The translations under genes were made by a program, and so were the position numbers. DNA of 64,000 nt from NCBI GenBank assembly GCA_026936335.1, contig JAPMXV010000034.1, positions 186,001 to 250,000 on the forward strand. Direction: 5' to 3'. Positions within the stretch are counted from its first letter, which is position 1. Each line of letters starts with the position of its first letter. The notes beneath the pieces were generated by a model. That model was not told where the DNA came from. It searched no databases and worked only from the letters and a program-made list of their open reading frames with translations. Below, piece after piece: positions 34,637 through 46,259 of this stretch. The DNA is from Mantamonas sphyraenae STR306. Taxonomy: Eukaryota; Protista; CRuMs.

Positions 34637-34743
34637 GCGGCGGCGGCGGTGGTCGTAGGAGTGGCGGCGGTGGTCGTGGGAGTGGCGGCGGGAGAAGCAG
34701 CAGCAGCAGCGGCGCAAGTGCCACGCAGAGCAGATACGGGTGA
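26760..34743 (+). CDS. Giant PIN(FEN1/XPG-like)-Fanzor1 fusion protein A, about 2302 aa, 2 exons (26760-27096, 28172-34743)
   Basis: A GTGAGT...GCTGAC...CAG intron at 27097-28171 restores the frame. PIN acidic motifs are VYVDAAMF, FEADDAIA (28498), IVTDDTDFL and SGNLDD. RuvC-I is SDPG (33769), then MGHW, VNERFTTQRCGSC (E at 34159), TCEC and HRDVNS (D at 34348)...RPKAF. Confidence 0.8.
27255..28130. repeat. Intronic about 190-bp tandem repeat (alternating A/B variants, about 4.5 copies)
   Basis: CAGCCATGCTAT...GCAGTGTGCATGCCTACACACGCGTT recurs at about 27261, 27452, 27642 and 27832, with a partial copy at about 28038. Confidence 0.85.
30990..31635 (+). repeat. Coding Glu/Ala/Arg-rich helical repeats in fusion protein A
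   Basis: Repeated EEAQRAVMAARRVAE / AAAEEEEAARRVAEEE units. Confidence 0.75.
31984..32960 (+). repeat. Coding 102-bp (34-aa) tandem repeat, about 9.6 near-identical copies
   Basis: QVAGQGMGQGHAETGVEQVEQQALMEVELPHVVE; units start at 31984, 32086 and so on. Confidence 0.95.
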
Positions 34744-34915
34744 CAAGGGTCCGCGGGTGGCATGGCAGAGCGAGTCTTAAACGTGTCGTTGAACAGCGAC
34801 CGACTTTACAGTGTGTAAGTGCAACGGGTGTGAGGTGGCAAGAAGGTGACAGGGCGGTACTGACACACCAAAACAGCATGTAATCCATGGGATCATAAAT
34901 CCCAGTATCACACGG
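34744..34915 (+). ncRNA. Candidate omegaRNA scaffold downstream of fusion gene A
   Basis: Directly 3' of the Fanzor ORF. Hairpins at 34785-34800 (GTCGTT/AGCGAC), 34803-34820 and 34888-34904 (TGGGAT/ATCCCA); GGTGTG/CACACC pairing. Function inferred only. Confidence 0.35.
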
Positions 34916-35111
34916 AGGAAGAACGGGGAGGGGGTGAGTGGAAGGAGGAGCAGATGAGACGCAACACCAATCAAAGCAAAGGAGAGGGCTGCAGGAGAGG
35001 GGGAGAGCACACATCACACCAGCAATGAAGGAATTTCACAATCAGTCGCAGGACACAGAAAACAATCCATGGGGTGGCAACCTTTGCGACGGGCAGTACG
35101 GATGGTCAAGG

Positions 35112-38100
35112 GACGAGTGTGCTGTTCGGCAACAAGAGAGACGGGGCGCCTGCCGCGGGTGGGTAGGGTGGGAGAGTGGGTGGCTGGGTGGATTCAGATG
35201 CGTCACGGTACCAGTGAGTGGATTGGAGTGGGAGTGGGGTGGGTTGTGTGGTGGAGGTAGTCCTTCAGTTGCCTGTTGTGGGGTGACGAGTGTGCTGTTC
35301 GGCAGCAAGAGAGACGGGGCGTCTGCCGCGGGTGGGTAGGGTGGGAGAGTGGGTGGCTGGGTGGATTCAGATGCGTCACGGTACCAGTGAGTGGATTGGA
35401 GTGGGTGTGGGGTGGGTTGTGTGGTGGTGGTGATCCTTCAGTGGCCGGTTGTAGGGTGCTGTTCGGCAGCAAGGGTGACGGGGCGTATGGCGTGGGTGGG
35501 TACGGTGGGAGAGTGGGTGTCCGGGTGGATTCAGATGCGTCACGGTACCAGTGAGTGGATTGGGGTGGGAGTGGGGTGGGTTGTGTGGTGGTGGTGATCC
35601 TTTAGTCGCCGGTTTTGGGGTGACGAGTGTGCTGTTCGGCAGCAAGGGTGACGGGGCGTCTGCCGCGGGTGGGTAGGGTGGGAGAGTGGGTGGCTGGGTG
35701 GATTCAGATGCGTCACGGTACCGGTGAGTGGATTGGAGTGGGAGTGGGGTGGGTTGTGTGGTGGTGGTGATCCTCTAGTGGCCAGTTGTGGGGTGCTGTT
35801 CGGCAGCAAGGGCGACGGGGCGCCTGACGAGCGTGGGTAGGGTGGGAGAGTGGGTGGCTGGGTGGATTCAGATGCGTCACGGTACCAGTGAGTGGATTGG
35901 AGTGGGTGTGGGGTGGGTTGTGTGGTGGTGGTGATCCTTCAGTGGCCGGTTGTAGGGTGCTGTTCGGCAGCAAGAGAGACGGGGCGCCTGACGTGCGTGG
36001 GTAGGGTGGGAGAGTGGGTGGCTGGGTGGATTCAGATGCGTCACGGTACCAGTGAGTGGATTGGAGTGGGTGTGGGGTGGGTTGTGTGGTGGTGGTGATC
36101 CTTTAGTCGCCGGTTTTGGGGTGACGAGTGTGCTGCTCGGCAGCAAGAGAGACGGGGCGTATGGCGTGGGTGGGTACGGTGGGAGAGTGGGTGGCTGGGT
36201 GGATTCAGATGCGTCATGGTACCAGTGAGTGGATTGGGGTGGGTGCGGGGTGGGGTGTGTGGTGGTGGTGATCCTTTAGTCGCCGGTTTTGGGGTGACGA
36301 GTGTGCTGCTCGGCAGCAAGAGAGACGGGGCGTATGGCGTGGGTGGGTACGGTGGGAGAGTGGGTGGCTGGGTGGATTCAGATGCGTCACGGTACCAGTG
36401 AGTGGATTGGGGTGGGTGCGGGGTGGGGTGTGTGGTAGTGGCGTTCCTTCAGTCGCCGGTTTTGGGGTGACGAGTGTGCTGCTCGGCAGCAAGAGAGACG
36501 GGGCGTATGGCGTGGGTGGGTACGGTGGGAGAGTGGGTGGCTGGGTGGATTCAGATGCGTCATGGTACCAGTGAGTGGATTGGGGTGGGTGCGGGGTGGG
36601 GTGTGTGGTGGTGGTGATCCTTTAGTCGCCGGTTTTGGGGTGACGAGTGTGCTGTTCGGCAGCAAGAGAGACGGGGCGTATGGCGTGGGTGGGTACGGTG
36701 GGAGAATGGGTGGCTGGGTGGATTCAGATGCGTCACGGTACCAGTGAGTGGATTGGGGTGGGAGTGGGGTGGGTTGTGTGGTAGTGGCGTTCCTTCAGTC
36801 GCCGGTTTTGGGGTGACGAGTGTGCTGTTCGGCAGCAAGAGAGACGGGGCGCCTGACGTGCGTGGGTAGGGTGGGAGAATGGGTGGCTGGGTGGATTCAG
36901 ATGCGTCACGGTACCAGTGAGTGGATTGGAGTGGGTGTGGGGTGGGTTGTGTGGTGGTGGTGATCCTTTAGTCGCCGGTTTTGGGGTGACGAGTGTGCTG
37001 CTCGGCAGCAAGAGAGACGGGGCGTATGGCGTGGGTGGGTACGGTGGGAGAGTGGGTGGCTGGGTGGATTCAGATGCGTCATGGTACCAGTGAGTGGATT
37101 GGGGTGGGTGCGGGGTGGGGTGTGTGGTGGTGGTGATCCTTTAGTCGCCGGTTTTGGGGTGACGAGTGTGCTGCTCGGCAGCAAGAGAGACGGGGCGTAT
37201 GGCGTGGGTGGGTACGGTGGGAGAGTGGGTGGCTGGGTGGATTCAGATGCGTCACGGTACCAGTGAGTGGATTGGGGTGGGTGCGGGGTGGGGTGTGTGG
37301 TAGTGGCGTTCCTTCAGTCGCCGGTTTTGGGGTGACGAGTGTGCTGCTCGGCAGCAAGAGAGACGGGGCGTATGGCGTGGGTGGGTACGGTGGGAGAGTG
37401 GGTGTCCGGGTGGATTCAGATGCGTCACGGTACCAGTGAGTGGATTGGGGTGGGAGTGGGGTGGGTTGTGTGGTGGTGGTGATCCTTTAGTCGCCGGTTT
37501 TGGGGTGACGAGTGTGCTGTTCGGCAGCAAGGGTGACGGGGCGTCTGCCGCGGGTGGGTAGGGTGGGAGAGTGGGTGGCTGGGTGGATTCAGATGCGTCA
37601 CGGTACCGGTGAGTGGATTGGAGTGGGAGTGGGGTGGGTTGTGTGGTGGTGGTGATCCTCTAGTGGCCAGTTGTGGGGTGCTGTTCGGCAGCAAGGGCGA
37701 CGGGGCGCCTGACGAGCGTGGGTAGGGTGGGAGAGTGGGTGGCTGGGTGGATTCAGATGCGTCACGGTACCAGTGAGTGGATTGGAGTGGGTGTGGGGTG
37801 GGTTGTGTGGTGGTGGTGATCCTTCAGTGGCCGGTTGTAGGGTGCTGTTCGGCAGCAAGAGAGACGGGGCGCCTGACGTGCGTGGGTAGGGTGGGAGAAT
37901 GGGTGGCTGGGTGGATTCAGATGCGTCACGGTACCAGTGAGTGGATTGGGGTGGGAGTGGGGTGGGTTGTGTGGTAGTGGCGTTCCTTCAGTCGCCGGTT
38001 TTGGGGTGACGAGTGTGCTGTTCGGCAGCAAGAGAGACGGGGCGCCTGACGTGCGTGGGTAGGGTGGGAGAATGGGTGGCTGGGTGGATTCAGATGCGTC

Positions 38101-38650
38101 ACGGTACCAGTGAGTGGATTGGAGTGGGTGTGGGGTGGGTTGTGTGGTGGTGGTGATCCTTTAGTCGCCGGTTTTGGGGTGACGAGTGTGCTGCTCGGCA
38201 GCAAGAGAGACGGGGCGTATGGCGTGGGTGGGTACGGTGGGAGAGTGGGTGGCTGGGTGGATTCAGATGCGTCATGGTACCAGTGAGTGGATTGGGGTGG
38301 GTGCGGGGTGGGGTGTGTGGTAGTGGCGTTCCTTCAGTTGCCGGTTTTGGGGTGACGAGTGTGCTGTTCGGCAGCAAGAGAGACGGGGCGCCTGACGTGG
38401 GTGGGTACGGTGGGAGAGTGGGTGGCTGGGTGGATTCAGATGCGTCATGGTACCAGTGAGTGGATTGGGGTGGGTGCGGGGGTGACGGTGTGTGTGGTGG
38501 TGGTGATCCTTTAGTCGCCGGTTTTGGGGTGACGAGTGTGCTGCTCGGCAGCAAGAGAGACGGGGCGTATGGCGTGGGTGGGTACGGTGGGAGAGTGGGT
38601 GGCTGGGTGGATTCAGATGCGTCACGGTACCAGTGAGTGGATTGGAGTGG
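35112..38650 (+). repeat. G-rich 164/173-bp satellite, about 21 units (left arm)
   Basis: Core GGGTGGATTCAGATGCGTCA(C/T)GGTACCAGTGAGTGGATTGG recurs at 164- or 173-bp spacing from 35191 to 38610. Confidence 0.95.
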
Positions 38651-39202
38651 GGATGGGGTGGAGTATGGAGTATGCGGTGGCGGCGTTGTGTGTGTGTGTG
38701 TTCGGGGGAGGGCAGGGGGGCCGGGGCGGAGGGTCGAAGCCGAGTTCACACACGTGGTATTTGAGTGTTGCTGAGTTGTGCGTGTAAATTGCTGTGTATG
38801 GCGTGGTAGTTCGTATACTGCTCTGCCGGGGTGTTCTGGCACGAGGCGTGAGACCGTTGCCCGTTACGTGTGAGGACTGGGCGCGGTTTGCGGGATTTTC
38901 ATGCGGAGCGGTGGGTGGTTTTTGGCAGGAGAAGTGAATTGGTTGTTTGGATGACATGCAAGTGTACCCTTGTGGTGTGTTGTCAAGTCAGATAATGTGC
39001 CAGGTGCTTTGTTTGTGAGATATCTGGTGCCATGTCGGGGCGGTCGCAGACTGATTTCTGCACTTGTGTCTGCGCAGCTTGGGACCACCGAGACTACTTT
39101 AGTAGTTGACTTCGGGAAGTTTAAGTCGAGCCGCATAGGATTAGTTAATTTGGTTGATCAAATTGCATCAAAATGTCCTGGTCTCGATCCCTATAGTCAG
39201 TC

Positions 39203-39276
39203 GATCCCGTGGATTAGGTGGTTATATCGGATGCTTCACACGTATCAGGTCCCGAGTTCGAGCCTCGGCGGGATCA
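39203..39276 (+). tRNA. tRNA-Val(CAC)
   Basis: Acceptor GATCCCG/CGGGATC, anticodon arm GATGC-TTCACAC-GTATC, T arm CCGAG-TTCGAGC-CTCGG, discriminator A; followed by a poly-T Pol III terminator. Confidence 0.92.
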
Positions 39277-40543
39277 ACCCCTTTTTTTTTTTTGGTGGTT
39301 GCCGAAGCAGGGAGGGGTTGTCCTCGCGTACGTCGTCATTATCCCCTCCCTGCTCTACATTTGTTCCTCCGTGTTTACCCCCACCCCCAACCCAAACTTT
39401 TTCTTACTCACCTCCTTGCACCTTCTCCATCCCTCTCCCACCTCTTCTCTCATCTCCCCCTACACTCTCCCTGCCCATCACTCCTTGTTTCTTGTTTCTT
39501 GCTTCCTGCGCCCGACCTCTCACAAGCCCCACGTTCATCCTTTCCCTTTCCACCCTCCTTCATCCGCACGCTCCACTCTCCGTGTCTTCCTCGGCCTCAC
39601 CATCCACCCACTTCCCTCTCGTCCACCCCCCACCCCCTCGGCATCCTGGCACCTTCACATCAACACCCACCTTTCAACCCATCACAGGCATCCAGGTGCC
39701 TTCCTGCCTTTCTTTGTTCCTCGGGGAGGGACTGGTTGGCGCAACCCGCTTTGAAGTCAGTCGCGGCGTTCCCGCTGTCGGAGAGAAAGCATCCTGCACA
39801 GTTACCATGCAATCCAAAGCACACAGGAAATCAGATGCTTCGTTGCTGCATTCAGTATGGCCAATCATGCAGCTCGGTCTGCTGTGGAGCCACTCGGTGG
39901 GCCATGGTCGGCAACCATTCAACTGCCAGAACACACTCTCCGTTCCATGCACGGAGACGAAGATGGAGGCGAAGCGGTTTAGCATGCAAAGGTAGAGTTG
40001 TAGGTAGATGCGGATCACGTAAGGTGGTATAGACATCAAGGAACACAGGCGGGACGGGATCGGAGGGCAAGTTGACCAGCGGGAAAGTGTGGGGGGGGAT
40101 TGTTTGTGGGGGGGGGGGGGGGGGGGGGTGGTGGAGGGAGGGAGTGTTTGTGTGTATGTCTTGGGAGGGGTGATGCTCTTATGGAGGCTGGAGTCCATTT
40201 CGTGGTCGTGGTCGTGGGGGGACCTGCACAATTCGATCGACGGGTTGGGGAGGCATTCAGATGTGCAGCAGCAGCCACTGGGGTGGGAACACGCTGAGCT
40301 TGACGGCCACGTGGCCGTCCATTCCGGGATGTGTGGAGATGAGAGATGAGTCTTGCTCAGGTCCAGCAGATTGGGCAGCAGCTTGCGTGTGGTCGTCATT
40401 GACCTCGCCGGCAGCGTATGTGTCCGCCGCTGAAGGAGGTTCTCATCAGCGTGCACGGCCAAGCAAACGTGGATCGACATGAAAAGAGTATGCAGTTGTT
40501 GCTTCTTACGCATGAGGAAGGCACGCACTAGAAGCTGCAGGCG

Positions 40544-42112
40544 GTGCTGGCCCAACTTGTGAGTTTGTTGGCACCCTTGCAGGTACACGATGAACAGGAC
40601 GTCCACCAGAATGGTTCCCCATCATCTCGTATACATTGTACTCTCCATTATTCTCCGCACGTGTCTCATCACGTGTCGGCCGTGAACGCATCAGAACCTG
40701 GTTCTGCAGTCCGGCTGTCGCCTGGCTCCGAGAACAGCATCACGAGGCTGCTGCCCATGCTGCGGAGATACGGACCCCTCTGGGTAGAGCAATTGCCGGC
40801 GACAATCGGTAGCGCCGCCCTCAGGGCATACATTGATGCCCTGAAGAGTGCCAGAGCATTGAGGAAGCAAGGGCAGAAAGCTGGTGACGCGACCAAAACC
40901 AAGAATCGCAACACCGAGTGGCAAACCATTCGCATCGCCTCAACCAATGTGCATCTGCAAATGGACAAACAAGGAAAGGAGCAGTACCCAAGAGTCTCCA
41001 ACATCACACTGTTCAAAGACACCGCTCTGTTGGACCGCATTGCCCTCAATCGCCGGCAATCGAAGGGTTTGCGGCCTGGGTCTTTTATTCAACGTGACAA
41101 GGCGTTCATCAAGCCAGTGCACGACATCTTGCTGCACTATGACACTACTACTGGCCGAGTTTTCGTCTCATTTGTCGCCGAAGTGCAGAACACGCATCAA
41201 CGTGATTTGGAGAGCGACCCTGTTGTTGCAGCGGCCGATCTGGGCGGTTCTGTCGTGGCCACTGCCGTTTTCTCATCTGGGGAAGCCGCAGAGCTGGGCC
41301 AACAACCTCATCGCAAGCTGGAACAACTTCGTCATCGCATCTCTCGATTGCAGACGCAGCTTGACGACGCGAAGAAGGAGGACGAGCAAGCTGTGGCGCT
41401 GATCAAGAAGAAAATGCGGCTGCTGAGACTCAAGAAGAAGCAAATCCAGCGCAGCTTGCACTACCTGGTTGCTTACCACCTCGTGCGCCGATCTGCAGCT
41501 CTGATCTGCGCGAAGCTCTGCACAAAGCAGATAGTGGCAAAGAGGAAGAGTGACGGCAGTAAGCGAGTGCTGAACCGTAGGCGGTGGCACGACTGCTGGA
41601 CATTGGCACTTTCGCTTCTATGAGACCCTTCAAACCATGGCCGCTCGATGGGGCTGCTGGTTGGTTCCGGGTGTGCACGAGAAGCATACCACGATGAGCT
41701 GCTGCATGTGTGGGACGGTCAAGCGCGTGGGTGGCTCCAAGACCTTCAAGTGCAACGAAAGGACGTGTCCAATGTGGGATGTGCCAATGGGCCGGGACTT
41801 GCAGGCGGCGATCAACATCTTGCAGTTGAATCTGTGGCGCTTGGGCCTCCCAGAGCTCGTGCAGGCTGTCATCAGTGACAACCCCATCTTGATCCATACA
41901 ACATGGCCAATGGGACGGGTTCAGACAGCGAGTGCGAGGATGATGAGGAGTACGCTGAGTACGAGGACGACGAAGAGGACGAGGAGTACGAGACGCACGA
42001 TGAAGAGGATGAAGAGATGGACATCGAGGTGTACTACCAATCAGAGGACGCGACTAGCGGCGGGCTCGATATGAAAGAACGACCAGGAGCGAGTGAGACC
42101 AGCGCTCACTAG
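40544..42112 (+). pseudogene. Fanzor2/TnpB-family RNA-guided nuclease, frameshifted
   Basis: WVEQLPATIGSAALRAYIDALKS; RuvC-I AADLG (41237); LHYLVAYHLV. After a frameshift at about 41575-41605: HFRFYETLQ...VHEKHTTMSCCMC...FKCNERTC...GRDLQAAINI. A second shift at about 41900 leads into an acidic tail. Confidence 0.8.
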
Positions 42113-42295
42113 CTTTGTGTGAGTTGTCCCCAACCCACTTCCCCGCCCGCCCCCGCAAACAAGAATGCTGATACCGATATCACTTTCCATCACACACATG
42201 CCATGCATTGGTCATCTGAACCGGATACGGGTAATTTGGGGGTCGAACGCGGTTTTGAATTTGGCAGAAGTGGTTGGCCAGCATACCGCATCTCC

Positions 42296-44160
42296 TTAGA
42301 TTTCCGCCCCCCCCCCCCCCCCCCCCCAAACGTCTTTGTCGGCTGCAGCACAAGAACTTGTTCCAGACGCGCGGGACTTGTCGATCACCGAGATCATCTC
42401 ATGTGCACGCTTGCCATCCTTAGTTGGCGATACGTCGCGTACTGCGCACGCATGTGCTTCGCATTCTTGCAGGAAGCAAAACGCCAAAAGGCGGTTCTTT
42501 GTACTGCTCCTTGAACGCCGTTTACGACTCCAGCAATCGCCCTTGCCCTGTCTTGAGTGCCTGCACCTCATGGCTGTCCAGGGGTAGGTGGCCACATACA
42601 CCTGACCGTGCCGCACAAAGACTGCCGTGCCCCAGTCTCGTCCACGACCAGGGTCCATGCTGATCCAAAGCACGTTGAGGGCAATCTCAAGGACCGAGTA
42701 TCCATTCTTGGCAAAGGTTTCGACGTGGTCAACCAAGCCACGCTTTGGAAGAGGGCGGTCCGGAAAGCCAGGCGCGATCTGCTCGAAGGTTGCCGTCAAC
42801 GCGTCTTGCATGCCAGTGGGCTTCAGCACGGCCAAGGCGACCAGCGTGCCTTTCTGGATATCAGCAGAAGGGGCAGGAGATGTGCCACCCTTGGTTTGAT
42901 CAATGCTGCCAGGCTCGCAGGCGATGGCAAAACTGCGTCGATCCTGGGTTGCACTACATAGGCTCGCTTGTACTTGCCCTGGACGTCGGTTCCACCGGAT
43001 CATGCGCATGCTGCTGTCACTGATGTTCTCAAGCAGGCCCTTGCGTGTTTCTTGCTTCCAACGCCGCGCGTGAGCATGAGAATAGTCTGCACGGGGACCG
43101 TCCGCAGCGGGTGTTTCCCTGCCCCATGCTTATTTGGCACATCCTCGGTGCTGTTGTTTCGTGAACAGGATACCGGTATCAATATGCAGCCCTTGGATAG
43201 CCAGACGCCCCTCGCGGTGGCACAGGACGACACCATCGTCAGTGGTCTCGCCACTGACGACTTTATCCAGTGTCATCGTTTTCACTTCGTTGCAAGGTAG
43301 TCGCGCATGACAGGCGCCAGGGTAGTGGCCGTGGCCCTGCTCGCAAAGTCGCAAAGGATGGCTGCGTGGCGTTTGAGCAGAACTCGTGGACGCAAGTGTA
43401 CTCAGTTGCTGGTAGAAATGTTGCAATTCCGCGGGCGTGGCTCGATCGGCAAACAACCTGTACTCGAGTCAAAGGTGGCCGGCCGTGAGGCTTTGGTGTT
43501 GTCTCACGAGCCCGTGGAACATGTGCAGCGTACAAACGCCTTCCAGAGGTGGACGTCTCCCCACTCTGCGTCTATCTCCCGGCCCTTGATTGTCTGCGGC
43601 TTGCGGACCACGTTTGATCTGTTTGAGAGAGTCATCGTGTCATTGGGAGACGGTGACGGCCTCTCCTGGTCCATTTGAATCTGAGAACGACCAGCTCGAT
43701 CGCCTGGGCGCAAAATCGCTCTGGCCACCACTTTTCAGTCAGCTGGTGCACACGGTCATTGTACTCGCGGAAGTTCCCTTCCGCCTGTGGAAACCAATCC
43801 GGGTAGTGGGACCACCGAAACTGAGCATCCCGAAGGGCAGACTGCCGTGCTGCTGCTCCTCGTGCTGCTCCTGGCCCTCATACACACACTGCCGGGTGCT
43901 CCATGCGCCGCCAGCTCTGCAAACCTTGCGGGGTCCGTTGCCAGGAGAACGTTCTCCAACATGTGGATGGGGAAATGGGTCGAATGCGTTCACGAGGCGG
44001 GTATGGAGGTCACCAGCATCACCCAAAGACCTTCTTTCCCTGCAGGTAGTTGTGTTCGGCGTGGGTACAACGAGATGGGCTCGTGCGTGGCCACACAGGT
44101 AGGACACGTCAGGAGGACACATCAGGGACACGTGAGAACCGGCCCGGGACGTCACCTAGC
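42296..44160 (-). pseudogene. Fragmented unidentified coding sequence in the foldback core
   Basis: Several adjacent minus-strand ORF pieces with protein-like composition (e.g. GLVDHVETFAKNGYSVLEIALNVLW; LENVLLATDPARFAELAAHG); no family recognised. Confidence 0.3.
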
Positions 44161-45633
44161 ACACCAATGAGCACTGTCTTGTTGTTGCAGCTGTGGTTCT
44201 GGCAATCAAGAATCGACTTTATCCACGCCCGGCGCTACGTGCCGCCTCTACATGCAATCACCCACGAGCGTGATGTGCTGTCCCTGTTTTCATCATGACT
44301 CCGTGTTCGACACCAGATTGCACGCCAAACGGACAGATGCAGCGCTGGGCATCGAACGGTCACATGTGATGTCGTCGATACCGTTGCGTGGCACGCAAGT
44401 GGCACGCGTCCTCAGGAACCAAAGAGAGTCAAGTGAACGGCTTGCGCGACAACGCCCGTGTACTTCAGCGGGAAGCGCCCCTTGCAGTGAAGACAAGACA
44501 TACACGCCTCGTCAGGCTACCCAAAGCAGGAGGCGAACCTACGGATGTGGCTATGGTGTTTGCAGATACATATTGGGACATGGTTCTCCAAAGAGGGAGA
44601 TGGCATGGTATCGCTGCTGATGCAAAAAGGAGTTCTTTTCAAACGGCGCCGGCGACCTTGGTGCTCCTCTCTGTGGGTTGGAGCCAAAATTGGAGAATTG
44701 CGTGGCATGACTACTGTTGCAGGCGTTCCAGCATCACCCCTCCCAAGACACACACACAAACACTCCCTCCCTCCACCCCCCCCCCCCCCCCCCCACCCCC
44801 CACACAAACAATCCCCCCCACACTTTCCCGCTGGTCAACTTGCCCTCCGATCCCGTCCCGCCTGTGTTCCTTGATGTCTATACCACCTTACGTGATCCGC
44901 ATCTACCTACAACTCTACCTTTGCATGCTAAACCGCTTCGCCTCCATCTTCGTCTCCGTGCATGGAACGGAGAGTGTGTTCTGGCAGTTGAATGGTTGCC
45001 GACCATGGCCCACCGAGTGGCTCCACAGCAGACCGAGCTGCATGATTGGCCATACTGAATGCAGCAACGAAGCATCTGATTTCCTGTGTGCTTTGGATTG
45101 CATGGTAACTGTGCAGGATGCTTTCTCTCCGACAGCGGGAACGCCGCGACTGACTTCAAAGCTGGTTGCGCCAACCAGTCCCTCCCCGAGGAACAAAGAA
45201 AGGCAGGAAGGCACCTGGATGCCTGTGATGGGTTGAAAGGTGGGTGTTGATGTGAAGGTGCCAGGATGCCGAGGGGGTGGGGGGTGGACGAGAGGGAAGT
45301 GGGTGGATGGTGAGGCCGAGGAAGACACGGAGAGTGGAGCGTGCGGATGAAGGAGGGTGGAAAGGGAAAGGATGAACGTGGGGCTTGTGAGAGGTCGGGC
45401 GCAGGAAGCAAGAAACAAGAAACAAGGAGTGATGGGCAGGGAGAGTGTAGGGGGAGATGAGAGAAGAGGTGGGAGAGGGATGGAGAAGGTGCAAGGAGGT
45501 GAGTAAGAAAAAGTTTGGGTTGGGGGTGGGGGTAAACACGGAGGAACAAATGTAGAGCAGGGAGGGGATAATGACGACGTACGCGAGGACAACCCCTCCC
45601 TGCTTCGGCAACCACCAAAAAAAAAAAGGGGGT

Positions 45634-45707
45634 TGATCCCGCCGAGGCTCGAACTCGGGACCTGATACGTGTGAAGCATCCGATATAACCACCTAATCCA
45701 CGGGATC
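45634..45707 (-). tRNA. tRNA-Val(CAC), identical copy in the right arm
   Basis: Reverse complement of 39203-39276, with the terminator A-run at about 45617-45627. Confidence 0.92.
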
Positions 45708-46259
45708 GACTGACTATAGGGATCGAGACCAGGACATTTTGATGCAATTTGATCAACCAAATTAACTAATCCTATGCGGCTCGACTTAAACTTCCCGAAG
45801 TCAACTACTAAAGTAGTCTCGGTGGTCCCAAGCTGCGCAGACACAAGTGCAGAAATCAGTCTGCGACCGCCCCGACATGGCACCAGATATCTCACAAACA
45901 AAGCACCTGGCACATTATCTGACTTGACAACACACCACAAGGGTACACTTGCATGTCATCCAAACAACCAATTCACTTCTCCTGCCAAAAACCACCCACC
46001 GCTCCGCATGAAAATCCCGCAAACCGCGCCCAGTCCTCACACGTAACGGGCAACGGTCTCACGCCTCGTGCCAGAACACCCCGGCAGAGCAGTATACGAA
46101 CTACCACGCCATACACAGCAATTTACACGCACAACTCAGCAACACTCAAATACCACGTGTGTGAACTCGGCTTCGACCCTCCGCCCCGGCCCCCCTGCCC
46201 TCCCCCGAACACACACACACACAACGCCGCCACCGCATACTCCATACTCCACCCCATCC

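Noticed and set aside
35112-38650. CRISPR-like guide array next to a RuvC nuclease
   Set aside because: Units are full-length near-identical repeats with a few recurring variants; there are no unique spacers.
35042-38842. Series of about 90-aa ORFs (MLPNSTL...) in both satellite arrays
   Set aside because: Artefacts of the repeat unit, whose length is not a multiple of three.
38970-40032. 341/292-aa ORFs in the inverted arms (mirrored at 44878-45940)
   Set aside because: They run through a tRNA gene, a poly-T terminator and pyrimidine-rich low-complexity DNA; not protein-like.
40544-42112. Bacterial IS200/IS605/IS607 element or contaminating prokaryotic contig
   Set aside because: The context is intron-containing eukaryotic DNA, there is no TnpA, and the motif layout is Fanzor-like.
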